Assembly: GCA_902802905.1 (NCBI GenBank)
Contig: CADCNT010000003.1
Coordinates: 24,354-88,353, forward strand
Direction of reading: 5' to 3'
Length of the DNA stretch: 64,000 bases
Source of the DNA: an uncultured Erysipelotrichaceae bacterium
GTDB lineage: Bacteria > Bacillota_I > Bacilli_A > RFN20 > CAG-826
This document shows positions 7,769 through 17,564 of the stretch, one piece after another (position 1 is the stretch's first letter; the number at the start of each line of letters is the position of its first letter). A program made the position numbers and the translations under genes. The notes beneath the pieces are model-generated. The model searched no databases and had not been told where the DNA came from. It was given only the letters and a program-made list of their open reading frames with translations.

Positions 7769-10495
7769 ATGAGAAGATTATGGGCATACTTGATTGTGGT
7801 CTTCACTGCATTAGTTGCAGTTTTTGCCTCATTCACACATGTGATTGGCGGAGTGACCACAAATGGCGAATTTGAAACACGTCGTGAATTTACATTCCAA
7901 CTCACAGAAAGAGCTAAAGAAGACGATGACGTCGATCCAAAAGCATTAGATGATAATAGTGCTAAGGATATGGCCGAGATTATGAAATCTCGTTTAGAAA
8001 AATATAATGTGTCATCTTATGATTTAAGAACATCAGGAAATGATACAGTTTATGTTTCCTTTAGCGCCGATAGCGATAGCAAATATCAACAAATTGTCAC
8101 TTACTTATGCTTCAGTGGTTCATTTGCTTTGGTTAATCAAAACGATGATATCGTTGAAGGAAAAGATTTCTTAAATGGTAATGCCTATACCAAATCATAC
8201 GCTGTTAACGAATACCCAACAGTCATCATCCCAATCAAAACTGAAAACTCCGATTATCAAGCAGTCATTCAAGGCGCAAAAGATAACCCTGAAACTAAAG
8301 AAGCCACCGAAGAAGGCGCAGAAGCAGAATCTGTTGGCCGAATCTACCTTCTTTACAACTGGCAAAAAGGCGAAACTTATCAAACCTTAAAAGCTGCTAA
8401 TACATTAGAAAGCAAAATCTTAATGCAAATTGACTTCACACCAGATGAGGAAGAAGAAGGTTTATATTATGACAGCAACAAGAATTCTTTCTTTAGAACT
8501 TGTGGCTTCCAAGATGCAAATGGTAATGGTGTAGCTGATCCTAACGAAGTCTCTGCAGCTTATGATTTAGCAGACTACTTTGTTAACTTATTCTCCGCTT
8601 CTGCATTAGATTACGAAGTAAAATGTATCCGTGGTCTTGCTAGTGGAACCGAAGTTTGGTTAGACGCCAAAACCGAAGAAGTCTTATCCTTAGAAGGTAA
8701 ACTCGTTTGGAATCGTACTTTAACCGCTGTTATCGCAGCTATCGTGATTCTCACTTTACTCTTAGTCTTCTTCTACAAGATGGGTGCTATCAGCACATTA
8801 ACAACCGCTCTTGTTTCTGTCTTCTTTGCCATCTTAGTTATGGTGAAATCCGGACTTGAATATAACGTCTTAGGCGTTGTTGGTCTTGTCTTAGTCGCTA
8901 TTTTATCCATTATCAGTGGCGTTATTTATTTAAATAAAATTAAAGAAGATTGCTATAAAGGACACACTATTAAGAAAGCTAATACCGAAGCTAGCAAGAA
9001 GAGTTTATTACCAATTTGTGATATTCACTTAGTCGCTTTAGTGGTTGGCGTTATGTGTTACGTCTTAGGTGGCGCCGCCTTAAGATCATTTGGCGCTATC
9101 TTAGGTATTGGTAGTGTTATCTCCTTTGTAATCAACACCTTAGGCTTAAAAGGCTTAATGTGGTTATTAACTAACGCTACATTCTTAAATAACAGATACG
9201 ATTTACTTGGTATCAACCCAGAAAATGTTCCAGACCATATGGCTGAAGAAAAACAAACATTCTATGGCGCATATACTGAAAAGAGCTTCTCCAAACATAA
9301 AAAAGCAGTTAGCATCTTTGCTTGCTTTGCATTCTTACTTTCTGTTGCTGGCATGATTAGCGCTGCCGCACTTAGAGGTGGAGATTTATTCAAGAACACT
9401 GGTTCTTCTAAACTTGGTAGCGAAATCTACATCCAAAATAGAATTATCGCCAATAACGATGAAAAATCTCCATTAGATGATAATTCCTTAGACACAATTT
9501 TAGATAACATCCTCATCCAAAAAACTGCAGGAGTGGATATCGACCAAAGCGAAGTAGTGGCTGAAGGTGAAAAGCCAACAACTTATGTTGTTTTAGCAGA
9601 TTACATTAGCAAGCGTGTCATTTTCGCCACAAGCGAATCTAAGATTGAAGAAGAAATTGCTAATAACTACGTTGATACTTATTTCTACTTAACCTTAAAT
9701 AAGAATTTAACTGGTGATGAAACCGCTGAAATTAGAGGTGTTGTTGGCAGTACAACTACATTATCTGAAGTCTTTGGTGAATATTTTGATGAAACATCTA
9801 CATTCACTCCAAAGAGTGATAAAGAATTCACCACAATGTCATTAAAGAGTGTTAGTACTGTCGCTAACGCTAGTAGTCCAAAATGGGACAAGATTGTTCT
9901 TGCTACTGCTGTTGCTATCTTAATTATTACTGTCTACTTAATGTTAAGATATCGCTTAAGCAGAGGCTTAGCATCAATTATCTTCCCAACTCTTGCCAGC
10001 GCTGTCATTTTAGGAATTATGTTATTATTTAATTTCTTCTTAACCATTCCAGCTAATGTAGCAATTGCAGTCCCAGTAGTGACCTTATTCTCTTATTTCT
10101 TCACGATTCAATTCTTCAATAGAGAAAGAGAATTACTCGCTGACGAGAAAGTTAAAGACAATTCTAAAGAACATCGTTCTGAAGTGGCAATGAGAGCCTT
10201 AGGCATAGCCTACACTCCAATTCTTGCTACTGCCGTTCTTGGAATTTACTGCTTAATTAACTTCTTTGGATTTGGTCCAAGCAATATCTCAGTTGCCTAT
10301 GTCGCAATGTTTGTGGGATCAATTATCGCTTTAGCGTTTATTAGCTGCTTAGTGGTTCCTTCCTGTAATTTATTATTTGGCTGGTTCTCTAAGGTCAAGA
10401 TTAATATCCGTCGTCCAAAGAAAAATAAGACTGGTAAACCTGTGCATAAATCAGCAGAACCTGAAGAAGCAATCTTTATCGGTATTAACGATTAA
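7769..10495 (+). CDS. secDF: Fused protein translocase subunit SecDF (unusually long, 908 aa)
   Basis: Two blocks of about six TM helices, each preceded by a large extracytoplasmic domain. Position between ruvB and recJ matches Bacillus. Confidence 0.7.
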   Translation: MRRLWAYLIVVFTALVAVFASFTHVIGGVTTNGEFETRREFTFQLTERAKEDDDVDPKALDDNSAKDMAEIMKSRLEKYNVSSYDLRTSGNDTVYVSFSADSDSKYQQIVTYLCFSGSFALVNQNDDIVEGKDFLNGNAYTKSYAVNEYPTVIIPIKTENSDYQAVIQGAKDNPETKEATEEGAEAESVGRIYLLYNWQKGETYQTLKAANTLESKILMQIDFTPDEEEEGLYYDSNKNSFFRTCGFQDANGNGVADPNEVSAAYDLADYFVNLFSASALDYEVKCIRGLASGTEVWLDAKTEEVLSLEGKLVWNRTLTAVIAAIVILTLLLVFFYKMGAISTLTTALVSVFFAILVMVKSGLEYNVLGVVGLVLVAILSIISGVIYLNKIKEDCYKGHTIKKANTEASKKSLLPICDIHLVALVVGVMCYVLGGAALRSFGAILGIGSVISFVINTLGLKGLMWLLTNATFLNNRYDLLGINPENVPDHMAEEKQTFYGAYTEKSFSKHKKAVSIFACFAFLLSVAGMISAAALRGGDLFKNTGSSKLGSEIYIQNRIIANNDEKSPLDDNSLDTILDNILIQKTAGVDIDQSEVVAEGEKPTTYVVLADYISKRVIFATSESKIEEEIANNYVDTYFYLTLNKNLTGDETAEIRGVVGSTTTLSEVFGEYFDETSTFTPKSDKEFTTMSLKSVSTVANASSPKWDKIVLATAVAILIITVYLMLRYRLSRGLASIIFPTLASAVILGIMLLFNFFLTIPANVAIAVPVVTLFSYFFTIQFFNRERELLADEKVKDNSKEHRSEVAMRALGIAYTPILATAVLGIYCLINFFGFGPSNISVAYVAMFVGSIIALAFISCLVVPSCNLLFGWFSKVKINIRRPKKNKTGKPVHKSAEPEEAIFIGIND

Positions 10496-10502
10496 TAACA
10501 AT

Positions 10503-10530
10503 AGCCGCACCACGCTGTGTGGCTTTTTTA
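10503..10530 (+). terminator. Rho-independent terminator of secDF
   Basis: AGCCGCAC-CACGCT-GTGTGGCT (one G-U pair) followed by TTTTTT. Confidence 0.7.
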
Positions 10531-10534
10531 TACA

Positions 10535-12091
10535 ATGAACAAGACTTTATTTGAACGCTTGCTTGATTACTATCAAATCAGTCAAGAAGAGTATGAAAGA
10601 ATTACTTCTGAAGTCTCTTTGACTACTTTTAGTAGTGGCCATCAATTTGACGAAATTGATAAAGCAGTTAATCTTGTTAAGGATGTTCTAAAAAGTGACG
10701 GCAAAATCCTTGTCTATGGTGATTATGATGCGGATGGAATAATGGGAACTTCTATCTTGGTAAAGATGTTCAACTATTTAGATAAAGAAATCGATTATTA
10801 CATTCCTAATCGTTACAACGATGGTTACGGGTTAAATGTTGAACACGCTAAAGAATATATTGAAGAAAAATACGATTTGATTATCACTGTAGATAACGGC
10901 ATTACCGCGTTTGAACCGATTGAGATGCTACATAATGCCGGCATTAAGGTCTTAATCTTAGATCATCATCAAAATCAAGATACAGTGCCTCTAGCAGACG
11001 CGATTTGTCATCCAATCTATTCTCATTTTGGAGAAACCCCTTCTAGTGGTGCGTTTACCGCTTTTATGTTCTCCATAACTTTATTAGGTAGAATTGATAA
11101 ATATTTGTCAGTACTAGCATCTATTTCTCTAGTGAGTGATATGATGCCTTTATTAGATTACAATCGCTCTTTATTAAGAGCGGTAATCGCTTCTTATAAA
11201 CATGACGAATTTTTAGCGGTCGATTTATTAGGTGATAAAGAAACATTTAACGAACAACTCATTGGTATGAAAATCGCTCCTAGAATCAACGCGATTGGAA
11301 GACTTTGCGATGATACTTCAATAAATGAAATTGTGAAATATTTTGTCAGCGATGATAAAGATTTTATTTTAAACTACCATTCCTATATTTTAGAGATGAA
11401 CACCGCCAGAAAAGAACTCTCCAAATTTGACATCGATAAGTCTAATTTTACCGGCGAAGAAAAGGCGATTGTGTTCATTGGAGATTTTAAAGAAGGAATC
11501 ATTGGACTTGCCGCTAATTCAATTATGTCGGCCTATCATATACCTGTCGTGGTTTTTACTGAAACTAGTGATGGAAGTTTAAAAGGTAGTGCACGTGCTC
11601 CAGAAGGTTTTGATATTGTGGAAGCCTTTTCTATGCTAGACGATATTTTACTCACTCATGGCGGTCACGCGATGGCGGGAGGCTGCTCGATTAAAAAAGA
11701 AGATTTTGATGAATTCAAGCGTCGTTTTATAAAGATTGCGGAAACAAAACCTTTAAAAAAGGTTGAGCACGCTTTTATTGATTTAGGGATTAGCGAATTA
11801 ACATTTGATAACTACGACTTAATTCAATCATTCTCTCCATTTGGTGAATCTTGGCCTGCTCCATTATTTAAATTAAAGCACATCAAGGTTAGTTCACTGA
11901 TGTATTCACGTGATCACAAGCATGTGATAACCAATATTGGCAATAGGCAAAAACTCGTCTATTTCAACTATCCAAAAGATAAGTTGGAAGGCGAAAACTT
12001 CATTGATGTTACTGGCTACATTTCTAAAAAATCATTCCAAGGATACATCTATTTAGAATTCAGCGTCAAAGAGATGTTTCCTGCCAAATAA
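10535..12091 (+). CDS. recJ: Single-stranded-DNA-specific exonuclease RecJ (short form)
   Basis: DHH family motifs (GDYDADGI, LDHHQ) and a DHHA1-like GGHAMAGG. The track start GTG 10517 lies inside the secDF terminator, so ATG 10535 is preferred. Confidence 0.85.
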   Translation: MNKTLFERLLDYYQISQEEYERITSEVSLTTFSSGHQFDEIDKAVNLVKDVLKSDGKILVYGDYDADGIMGTSILVKMFNYLDKEIDYYIPNRYNDGYGLNVEHAKEYIEEKYDLIITVDNGITAFEPIEMLHNAGIKVLILDHHQNQDTVPLADAICHPIYSHFGETPSSGAFTAFMFSITLLGRIDKYLSVLASISLVSDMMPLLDYNRSLLRAVIASYKHDEFLAVDLLGDKETFNEQLIGMKIAPRINAIGRLCDDTSINEIVKYFVSDDKDFILNYHSYILEMNTARKELSKFDIDKSNFTGEEKAIVFIGDFKEGIIGLAANSIMSAYHIPVVVFTETSDGSLKGSARAPEGFDIVEAFSMLDDILLTHGGHAMAGGCSIKKEDFDEFKRRFIKIAETKPLKKVEHAFIDLGISELTFDNYDLIQSFSPFGESWPAPLFKLKHIKVSSLMYSRDHKHVITNIGNRQKLVYFNYPKDKLEGENFIDVTGYISKKSFQGYIYLEFSVKEMFPAK

Positions 12092-12201
12092 CTTTTAAAC
12101 TACATACACTCATTTTCAACAAGATAACTTAAGCAAAATTATGAATAAAATAATTTTGTTTTTTATTAGGTGTATTCTTTATTTCTTTATAAAAGGAATA
12201 A

Positions 12202-14439
12202 ATGAGACTACAATATTCAAGTATGAGCAAAGAAAACAAGTCTTTAGTCAATGGTGGATATCCTTTACACACCTTCGAGCAACTCGAAGAAAGATATAAG
12301 GAGTATATTTCTAATGAGGCTGACATTCAAGCGATTAGAGATGCGTATCAATTCATCATCAAAAAGCATCAAGGTCAATTTAGAAAAAGTGGTGAACCTT
12401 ATTATCACCATCTTTTAGAAGTGGCTTTTATTCTTGCTTCTTTGCAAGCTGGTCCAATTACCATTATTGCCGGCTTGTTGCATGATGTTGTCGAAGACAC
12501 TGATACATCAATTGAAGATTTAAGAAGAAGATGGGGCGATGAAGTTGCTAAGATTGTCGACTCATTAACTAAGATTCAACGTTTAAAGCTATCTAAGATA
12601 AGCAGTGAAGATTTTGAAGCCGAAGATCATCGTAAGATTTTCATCGGCATGGCTAAAGATATCCGTGTCATTATCATCAAATTAGCGGATCGCTTGCATA
12701 ACATGAGAACACTAGGTTCTTTATCTCAAGAAAGACAGATTGCCTTATCAAAAGAAACCAGAGACGTTTTTGTGCCAATCGCACATCGACTAGGTTTAGA
12801 CAACATTAAGTGTGAGCTCGCTGATTTGTGTCTAAAATATTTAGAACCAGAAAAATATCAAGAGATTGTCTCATTGCTTTCTCAAAAAGAGAAAAAGTTA
12901 AAGAAATCTCTTAGTGTTTTCCAAAAGAAGTTAGCAGATATCATCTTTGAACACGGCATTCCTTTTGAAATCTCTTCAAGAGTGAAATCCATTTCTTCAA
13001 TTTATGACAAGATGTATATCAAAGGTCATCAATTTGATGAAATCTACGATATTCTCGCATTGCGTATCATTTGTGAAACCGAACTTCAATGTTATGAAAT
13101 CCTCGGTTTAATTCACCAAATATACACCCCAGTTCCAGGGAGATTTAAAGACTATATTGCCATGCCTAAACCAAACATGTATCAGTCTTTACACACCACG
13201 GTGATTTCTGGTGATGGAAACTTCTATGAAGTACAAATCCGTACCAAAGAAATGGATGAAGTCGCCGAATCTGGCGTTGCCGCTCACTGGGCTTATAAAG
13301 AACAAGCGGGATATAATCCAAAAGAAGAACAAAAAGAAATTGAAAATAAATTGCATTGGTTTAGAGACTTTGTCTCTATTAGTAGTGACAAAGACGCTAG
13401 CGCGAGCGACTATATGGATACGCTCTCGCACGACATTTTCGAAGCTAACGTTTATGTCTTTACCCCAACCGGTAAAGTTATTGAGCTTGCTAGCGGATCA
13501 ACTCCAATCGACTTTGCTTATCGTATTCACACCAAAGTTGGTGATAGTGCAGTCGGCGCCATCGTTAACGGAGTTATGGTGCCGCTTAATACCGTCCTTA
13601 AAACTGGCGACAAAGTGGAAATCAAAACTAGTAAGTCTTCTCCAGGCCCTAATGAAGGATGGCTTGAATTTGTTAAAACTGGTTTAGCCAGAAGCCAAAT
13701 CAAAAAATTCTTAGCCAAAAAGAACGCGGCCCTAGTTAGAGAAGAGAAAATTGCCAAAGGCAAACAATCAGCCTTAGATGCGTTTAAAGACCGTGGAATT
13801 GAAGAAGCAGAAATGTTAGAAATGCTTTCAAGTGACAAAGTTTTAAACGAATTTGGCTTTGATAATATAGATGAATTGTTTATCGGCATTTCGAATAGAA
13901 AACCGGTTCCAAGTGCAATTATTGAATTCTTAAAAATTAAAAAGCCAGTTGCTCTTCCTATTGGAAAAGCAAAGAGTAGAAGTGGCGATAATAGTGTTCC
14001 TGTCTACTGTAGAGGCGCTGATCGCATCGCGATATCGCTTGCAAACTGCTGTACGCCAATTCCAGGAGATAACATTGTTGGCTATGTGACACGCGGTAAA
14101 GGAATTCAAGTGCATAGAGCGAATTGTCCAAATGTTGCCGAGCAAAAACAAAGATTAATCGATGTTTATTGGAAAGAAGATATTGAATACGCGACATATC
14201 CAGTCGATGTCTCTTTAGAGGCTAATGACCGTTCCAATCTATTGATTGATATCATGAACACACTTAGCAGTGCAAAAGTGATGGTCTCTAGTTTGCATGC
14301 ACAAATTCAACATCATAATACCACTGTTGTTGTGGTCACTATGACCATTTATGTCAGTGATGCAAAACGATTAAATGATATTTTTAATATCATATTAAAT
14401 ATTAAAGGTGTTTATAACATCAAAAGAGTAATTCATTAA
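12202..14439 (+). CDS. relA: Bifunctional (p)ppGpp synthetase/hydrolase Rel
   Basis: HD hydrolase motif (LLHDVVEDT), synthetase domain, and TGS and ACT-like C-terminus; 745 aa. Confidence 0.93.
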   Translation: MRLQYSSMSKENKSLVNGGYPLHTFEQLEERYKEYISNEADIQAIRDAYQFIIKKHQGQFRKSGEPYYHHLLEVAFILASLQAGPITIIAGLLHDVVEDTDTSIEDLRRRWGDEVAKIVDSLTKIQRLKLSKISSEDFEAEDHRKIFIGMAKDIRVIIIKLADRLHNMRTLGSLSQERQIALSKETRDVFVPIAHRLGLDNIKCELADLCLKYLEPEKYQEIVSLLSQKEKKLKKSLSVFQKKLADIIFEHGIPFEISSRVKSISSIYDKMYIKGHQFDEIYDILALRIICETELQCYEILGLIHQIYTPVPGRFKDYIAMPKPNMYQSLHTTVISGDGNFYEVQIRTKEMDEVAESGVAAHWAYKEQAGYNPKEEQKEIENKLHWFRDFVSISSDKDASASDYMDTLSHDIFEANVYVFTPTGKVIELASGSTPIDFAYRIHTKVGDSAVGAIVNGVMVPLNTVLKTGDKVEIKTSKSSPGPNEGWLEFVKTGLARSQIKKFLAKKNAALVREEKIAKGKQSALDAFKDRGIEEAEMLEMLSSDKVLNEFGFDNIDELFIGISNRKPVPSAIIEFLKIKKPVALPIGKAKSRSGDNSVPVYCRGADRIAISLANCCTPIPGDNIVGYVTRGKGIQVHRANCPNVAEQKQRLIDVYWKEDIEYATYPVDVSLEANDRSNLLIDIMNTLSSAKVMVSSLHAQIQHHNTTVVVVTMTIYVSDAKRLNDIFNIILNIKGVYNIKRVIH

Positions 14440-14452
14440 AGGAGGAATAGCG

Positions 14453-15760
14453 ATGGAAGAAATCAAAAATGTCAAAGGCACTCATGACGTATATGCGGAT
14501 GAGAATAATGCCTATGAAAAAGTTGAAAACTTGATGAAATCAATTGCTGAGATTTATGCTTATCAGGGTGTTAGACCCCCAGTTTTAGAGCATAGTCCTG
14601 TCTTTGTACGTGGTGTTGGTGAAGGAAGCGACATCGTTAGAAAAGAAATGTATACATTCTTGGATAAAGGTGGTCGTGAATTGACCCTCCGTCCAGAATT
14701 TACCGCTGGTATCATGCGTTTAGTGGTGCAAAACAAATTGTATGCTACTAACGAATTGCCACTTAAACTCTACTATGTAGGTCCAGTATTCCGCTATGAA
14801 AGACCACAATTAGGTAGATATCGTCAATTCAACCAATTTGGTGTGGAATCAATTGGCCATAATTCTCCTTTAAATGATGTTGAAGTCATTGTTTTGGCTT
14901 ATACAATTCTCTGCTCTCTAGGATTAGAGAATGTGAAAATTAAAATCAATACATTAGGTGATGAAGAATCACGTAATAATTATAGAAATGCCTTAAAGGC
15001 ATACTTTGCTGGTCATATTGAGAATATGTGTGTGGACTGCAAGAGCAGATTTGAAATCAATCCACTCCGTATTTTAGACTGCAAAGTTCCTGAAGACCGT
15101 CCAATTATCGAAGGGGCTCCAAAAATCGGCGCTTACTTATCTAAAGACAGCCAAGAAAGATTTGATCAAGTTCTTGAAGCGCTCGAAGCTTTGCAGATTC
15201 CTTATGAAATCAATCAAAGTTTAGTTAGAGGCTTAGATTATTATTCAGAAACCGTCTTTGAATTCCATTATAAGAGCAAGGAAGGCAATGATTATGGCGC
15301 AGTTGGCGCTGGTGGACACTATGGCAAGCTCATGAGCGAACTTGGTGGACCAGATCTTCCGGGTGTTGGTTTTTCTTTCGGAATCGAAAGAATTGTCTCT
15401 GTTTTAAAAGATGATGGCTTATTAGAAGACGTAAAAAATCAATTAGATGCTTACATCATGCCTTTAGACAAGGAATCGATGATTTACGCTGAGGAAGTCG
15501 CAGTTATTTTACGTAATAGCGGCGGCTATAAAGTCGATATGTGCTTTGACAACGTCAAATTAGGCAACATGTTTAAGCGCGCAGCAAATAAAAAAGCAAA
15601 ATTTGCCATTATCATTGGCGAAAATGAAGTTAAAGAAGAATCAGTGGTTTTAAAAGATCTTGCAAAGCAAGAACAAATCACTGTCAAAGTTGAAGAGCTC
15701 GTCGATAAGTTCGACGAATTATATGAAGCGTCATATGGTGAAGAGGAGGAAGAATTATGA
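14453..15760 (+). CDS. hisS: Histidine--tRNA ligase
   Basis: Class II motifs (LRPEFTAG, FRYERPQLGRYRQF, GGGHY-like). SD GGAGG lies upstream. Confidence 0.95.
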   Translation: MEEIKNVKGTHDVYADENNAYEKVENLMKSIAEIYAYQGVRPPVLEHSPVFVRGVGEGSDIVRKEMYTFLDKGGRELTLRPEFTAGIMRLVVQNKLYATNELPLKLYYVGPVFRYERPQLGRYRQFNQFGVESIGHNSPLNDVEVIVLAYTILCSLGLENVKIKINTLGDEESRNNYRNALKAYFAGHIENMCVDCKSRFEINPLRILDCKVPEDRPIIEGAPKIGAYLSKDSQERFDQVLEALEALQIPYEINQSLVRGLDYYSETVFEFHYKSKEGNDYGAVGAGGHYGKLMSELGGPDLPGVGFSFGIERIVSVLKDDGLLEDVKNQLDAYIMPLDKESMIYAEEVAVILRNSGGYKVDMCFDNVKLGNMFKRAANKKAKFAIIIGENEVKEESVVLKDLAKQEQITVKVEELVDKFDELYEASYGEEEEEL

Positions 15761-17490
15761 AAAGAACCTGCTTCAACACAGAATTAAATGAAAAAAATGT
15801 CGGTCAAGAAGTGACCCTCATTGGTTGGGTTAGCAAGAAGAGAAATCTTGGCTCAATTGTCTTTATTGATTTACGTGATCGTAGTGGAATTATCCAAATC
15901 ACAGTCAATGAAGGAGTAGAAATTCCAGATATTCGTAACGAATATGTTATCTCAGTTACTGGTAAGGTTTCTCTAAAAGAGAAAGAGAACGTCAATTTAA
16001 AGACTGGTAAGATTGAAGTTGTCGCTAGCGAAATTAAAGTAATTAATACCGCGAAGACCACACCTTTAATCATTGCCGATGAAACCGACGCTCTTGAAGA
16101 TACAAGATTAAAGTATCGTTATCTTGATTTAAGAAGACCGATTATGCAATCTTACTTAGATGTTCGTCACCAAATCAAAATGGCAGTTCATGAATATCTT
16201 TCAAAAGAGCACTTCATAGAAGTGGAGACTCCTATTTTAACTCTTTCTACACCTGAAGGCGCACGTGACTATTTGGTTCCAAGTAGAGTGCATCACGGGA
16301 AATTCTATGCGCTGCCACAATCCCCACAAATCTTTAAGCAACTCTTAATGATCGGTGGCGTGGAAAGATATTATCAAATCGCTCGTTGCTTTAGAGATGA
16401 AGACTTAAGAGCGGACAGGCAACCAGATTTCACACAAATTGATATTGAAACCAGTTTCCTTGATCAAGATCAATTCCTCACTATGATGGAAGGATTAATC
16501 AAAGAAATATTTAAAAAAACTATCAACTATGATGTGAAGCTACCATTAAGAAGACTTCCATATAAAGAAGCCATGGATAATTATGGTAGCGATAAGCCAG
16601 ATACAAGATTTGATATCAAACTTCAAGATGTCAAAGACATCTTCTCCAAGAGTGAGTTTGGTGGTTTTAAAGATGTAGAAACCATTAAGGCTATTGTCGT
16701 CAACGGCGTTGCTGAACAAACCAGCAGAAAAGTTATTGATACATTAACTTTAGAAGCTAAGAAATTCGGTTTAGGTGGTTTAAGCGTGCTTAAGTATGAA
16801 GCTGATGAATTTACCGGATCATTCGTTAAATTCCTTTCTGAGGAAGAAAAAGCAGCTTTAAAAGCTAAATTGAACGTGAAGAACGATGACATAGTCATTA
16901 TCGCTGCCGGCAAATACAACCGTGTATGCCCACTTTTAGGCGCATTAAGACTAAGATATGGTAAAGAGCTAGGTTTAATTAAACCTAACACATTCGATTT
17001 ACTCTGGGTAGTTGATTTCCCACTCTTTGAAAGAGATGTGGAAAATGGGGCAATCACTTCTACGCATCACCCATTCACACGTCCAAGAGACGAAGATCTC
17101 AAATATTTAGATAGTGACCCAACAAGAATTTTAAGTTATGCTTATGATATAGTCATAAATGGTTATGAAGCTGGTGGTGGTTCGTTAAGAATTTACAATC
17201 AAGATGTCCAAAAGAAGATTTTTTCAGTGCTCGGCTTGAGCGATGAAGATATCAAGAGAAAATTTGGATTCTTTGTCGATGCATTCCAATATGGAACTCC
17301 TCCTCATGCAGGTATGGCCTTTGGCTTAGATAGATTAACCATGATTCTTGGTGGAACCGACAATATTAGAGATGTTATTGCCTTCCCTAAGAACCTTGCC
17401 GCAGTCTGTCCAATGTCCTTAGCTCCAAATGCGGTTGATGAAGCGCAATTACAAGAGTTAGGAATAGCGGTTACAGATTACGAAAAATAG
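15757..17490 (+). CDS. aspS: Aspartate--tRNA ligase
   Basis: CFRDEDLRADRQPDFTQIDIE and GLDRL motifs. Its start overlaps the hisS stop (ATGA). Confidence 0.96.
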   Translation: MKRTCFNTELNEKNVGQEVTLIGWVSKKRNLGSIVFIDLRDRSGIIQITVNEGVEIPDIRNEYVISVTGKVSLKEKENVNLKTGKIEVVASEIKVINTAKTTPLIIADETDALEDTRLKYRYLDLRRPIMQSYLDVRHQIKMAVHEYLSKEHFIEVETPILTLSTPEGARDYLVPSRVHHGKFYALPQSPQIFKQLLMIGGVERYYQIARCFRDEDLRADRQPDFTQIDIETSFLDQDQFLTMMEGLIKEIFKKTINYDVKLPLRRLPYKEAMDNYGSDKPDTRFDIKLQDVKDIFSKSEFGGFKDVETIKAIVVNGVAEQTSRKVIDTLTLEAKKFGLGGLSVLKYEADEFTGSFVKFLSEEEKAALKAKLNVKNDDIVIIAAGKYNRVCPLLGALRLRYGKELGLIKPNTFDLLWVVDFPLFERDVENGAITSTHHPFTRPRDEDLKYLDSDPTRILSYAYDIVINGYEAGGGSLRIYNQDVQKKIFSVLGLSDEDIKRKFGFFVDAFQYGTPPHAGMAFGLDRLTMILGGTDNIRDVIAFPKNLAAVCPMSLAPNAVDEAQLQELGIAVTDYEK

Positions 17491-17515
17491 AAAATATATA
17501 CTTTGTATATACAAA

Positions 17516-17544
17516 TACTAATCTATTACTAATTTAATACTAAT
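17516..17544 (-). repeat. Phased heptamer array (3 x TACTAAT on the plus strand, 11-bp period)
   Basis: TACTAAT at 17516, 17527 and 17538. It is preceded by the AT hairpin TATATAC-TTT-GTATATA (17495-17511). It lies between the aspS stop and the tkt SD. Confidence 0.85.
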
Positions 17545-17564
17545 CATAAACAAGGAGAAATAGT

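Noticed and set aside
12140-12298. 52-codon ORF (MNKIILFFIRC...) overlapping the relA start in another frame.
   Set aside because: It has no SD, its sequence is hydrophobic and low-complexity, and it overlaps the well-supported relA start region. It is likely spurious.
14440-14452. T-box or other leader riboswitches upstream of the aminoacyl-tRNA synthetase genes (hisS-aspS, glyQS).
   Set aside because: The spacers are too short: 13 nt before hisS and about 30 nt of leader before glyQS. No specifier or T-box sequence (AATTAGGGTGGTACCGCG-like) is visible.
15757-15760. Mycoplasma genetic code (TGA = Trp).
   Set aside because: TGA terminates several full-length conserved proteins at the expected length (hisS at 15758-15760, parC at 32415-32417, the C39 gene at 51200-52402). 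Conserved Trp positions are encoded by TGG.
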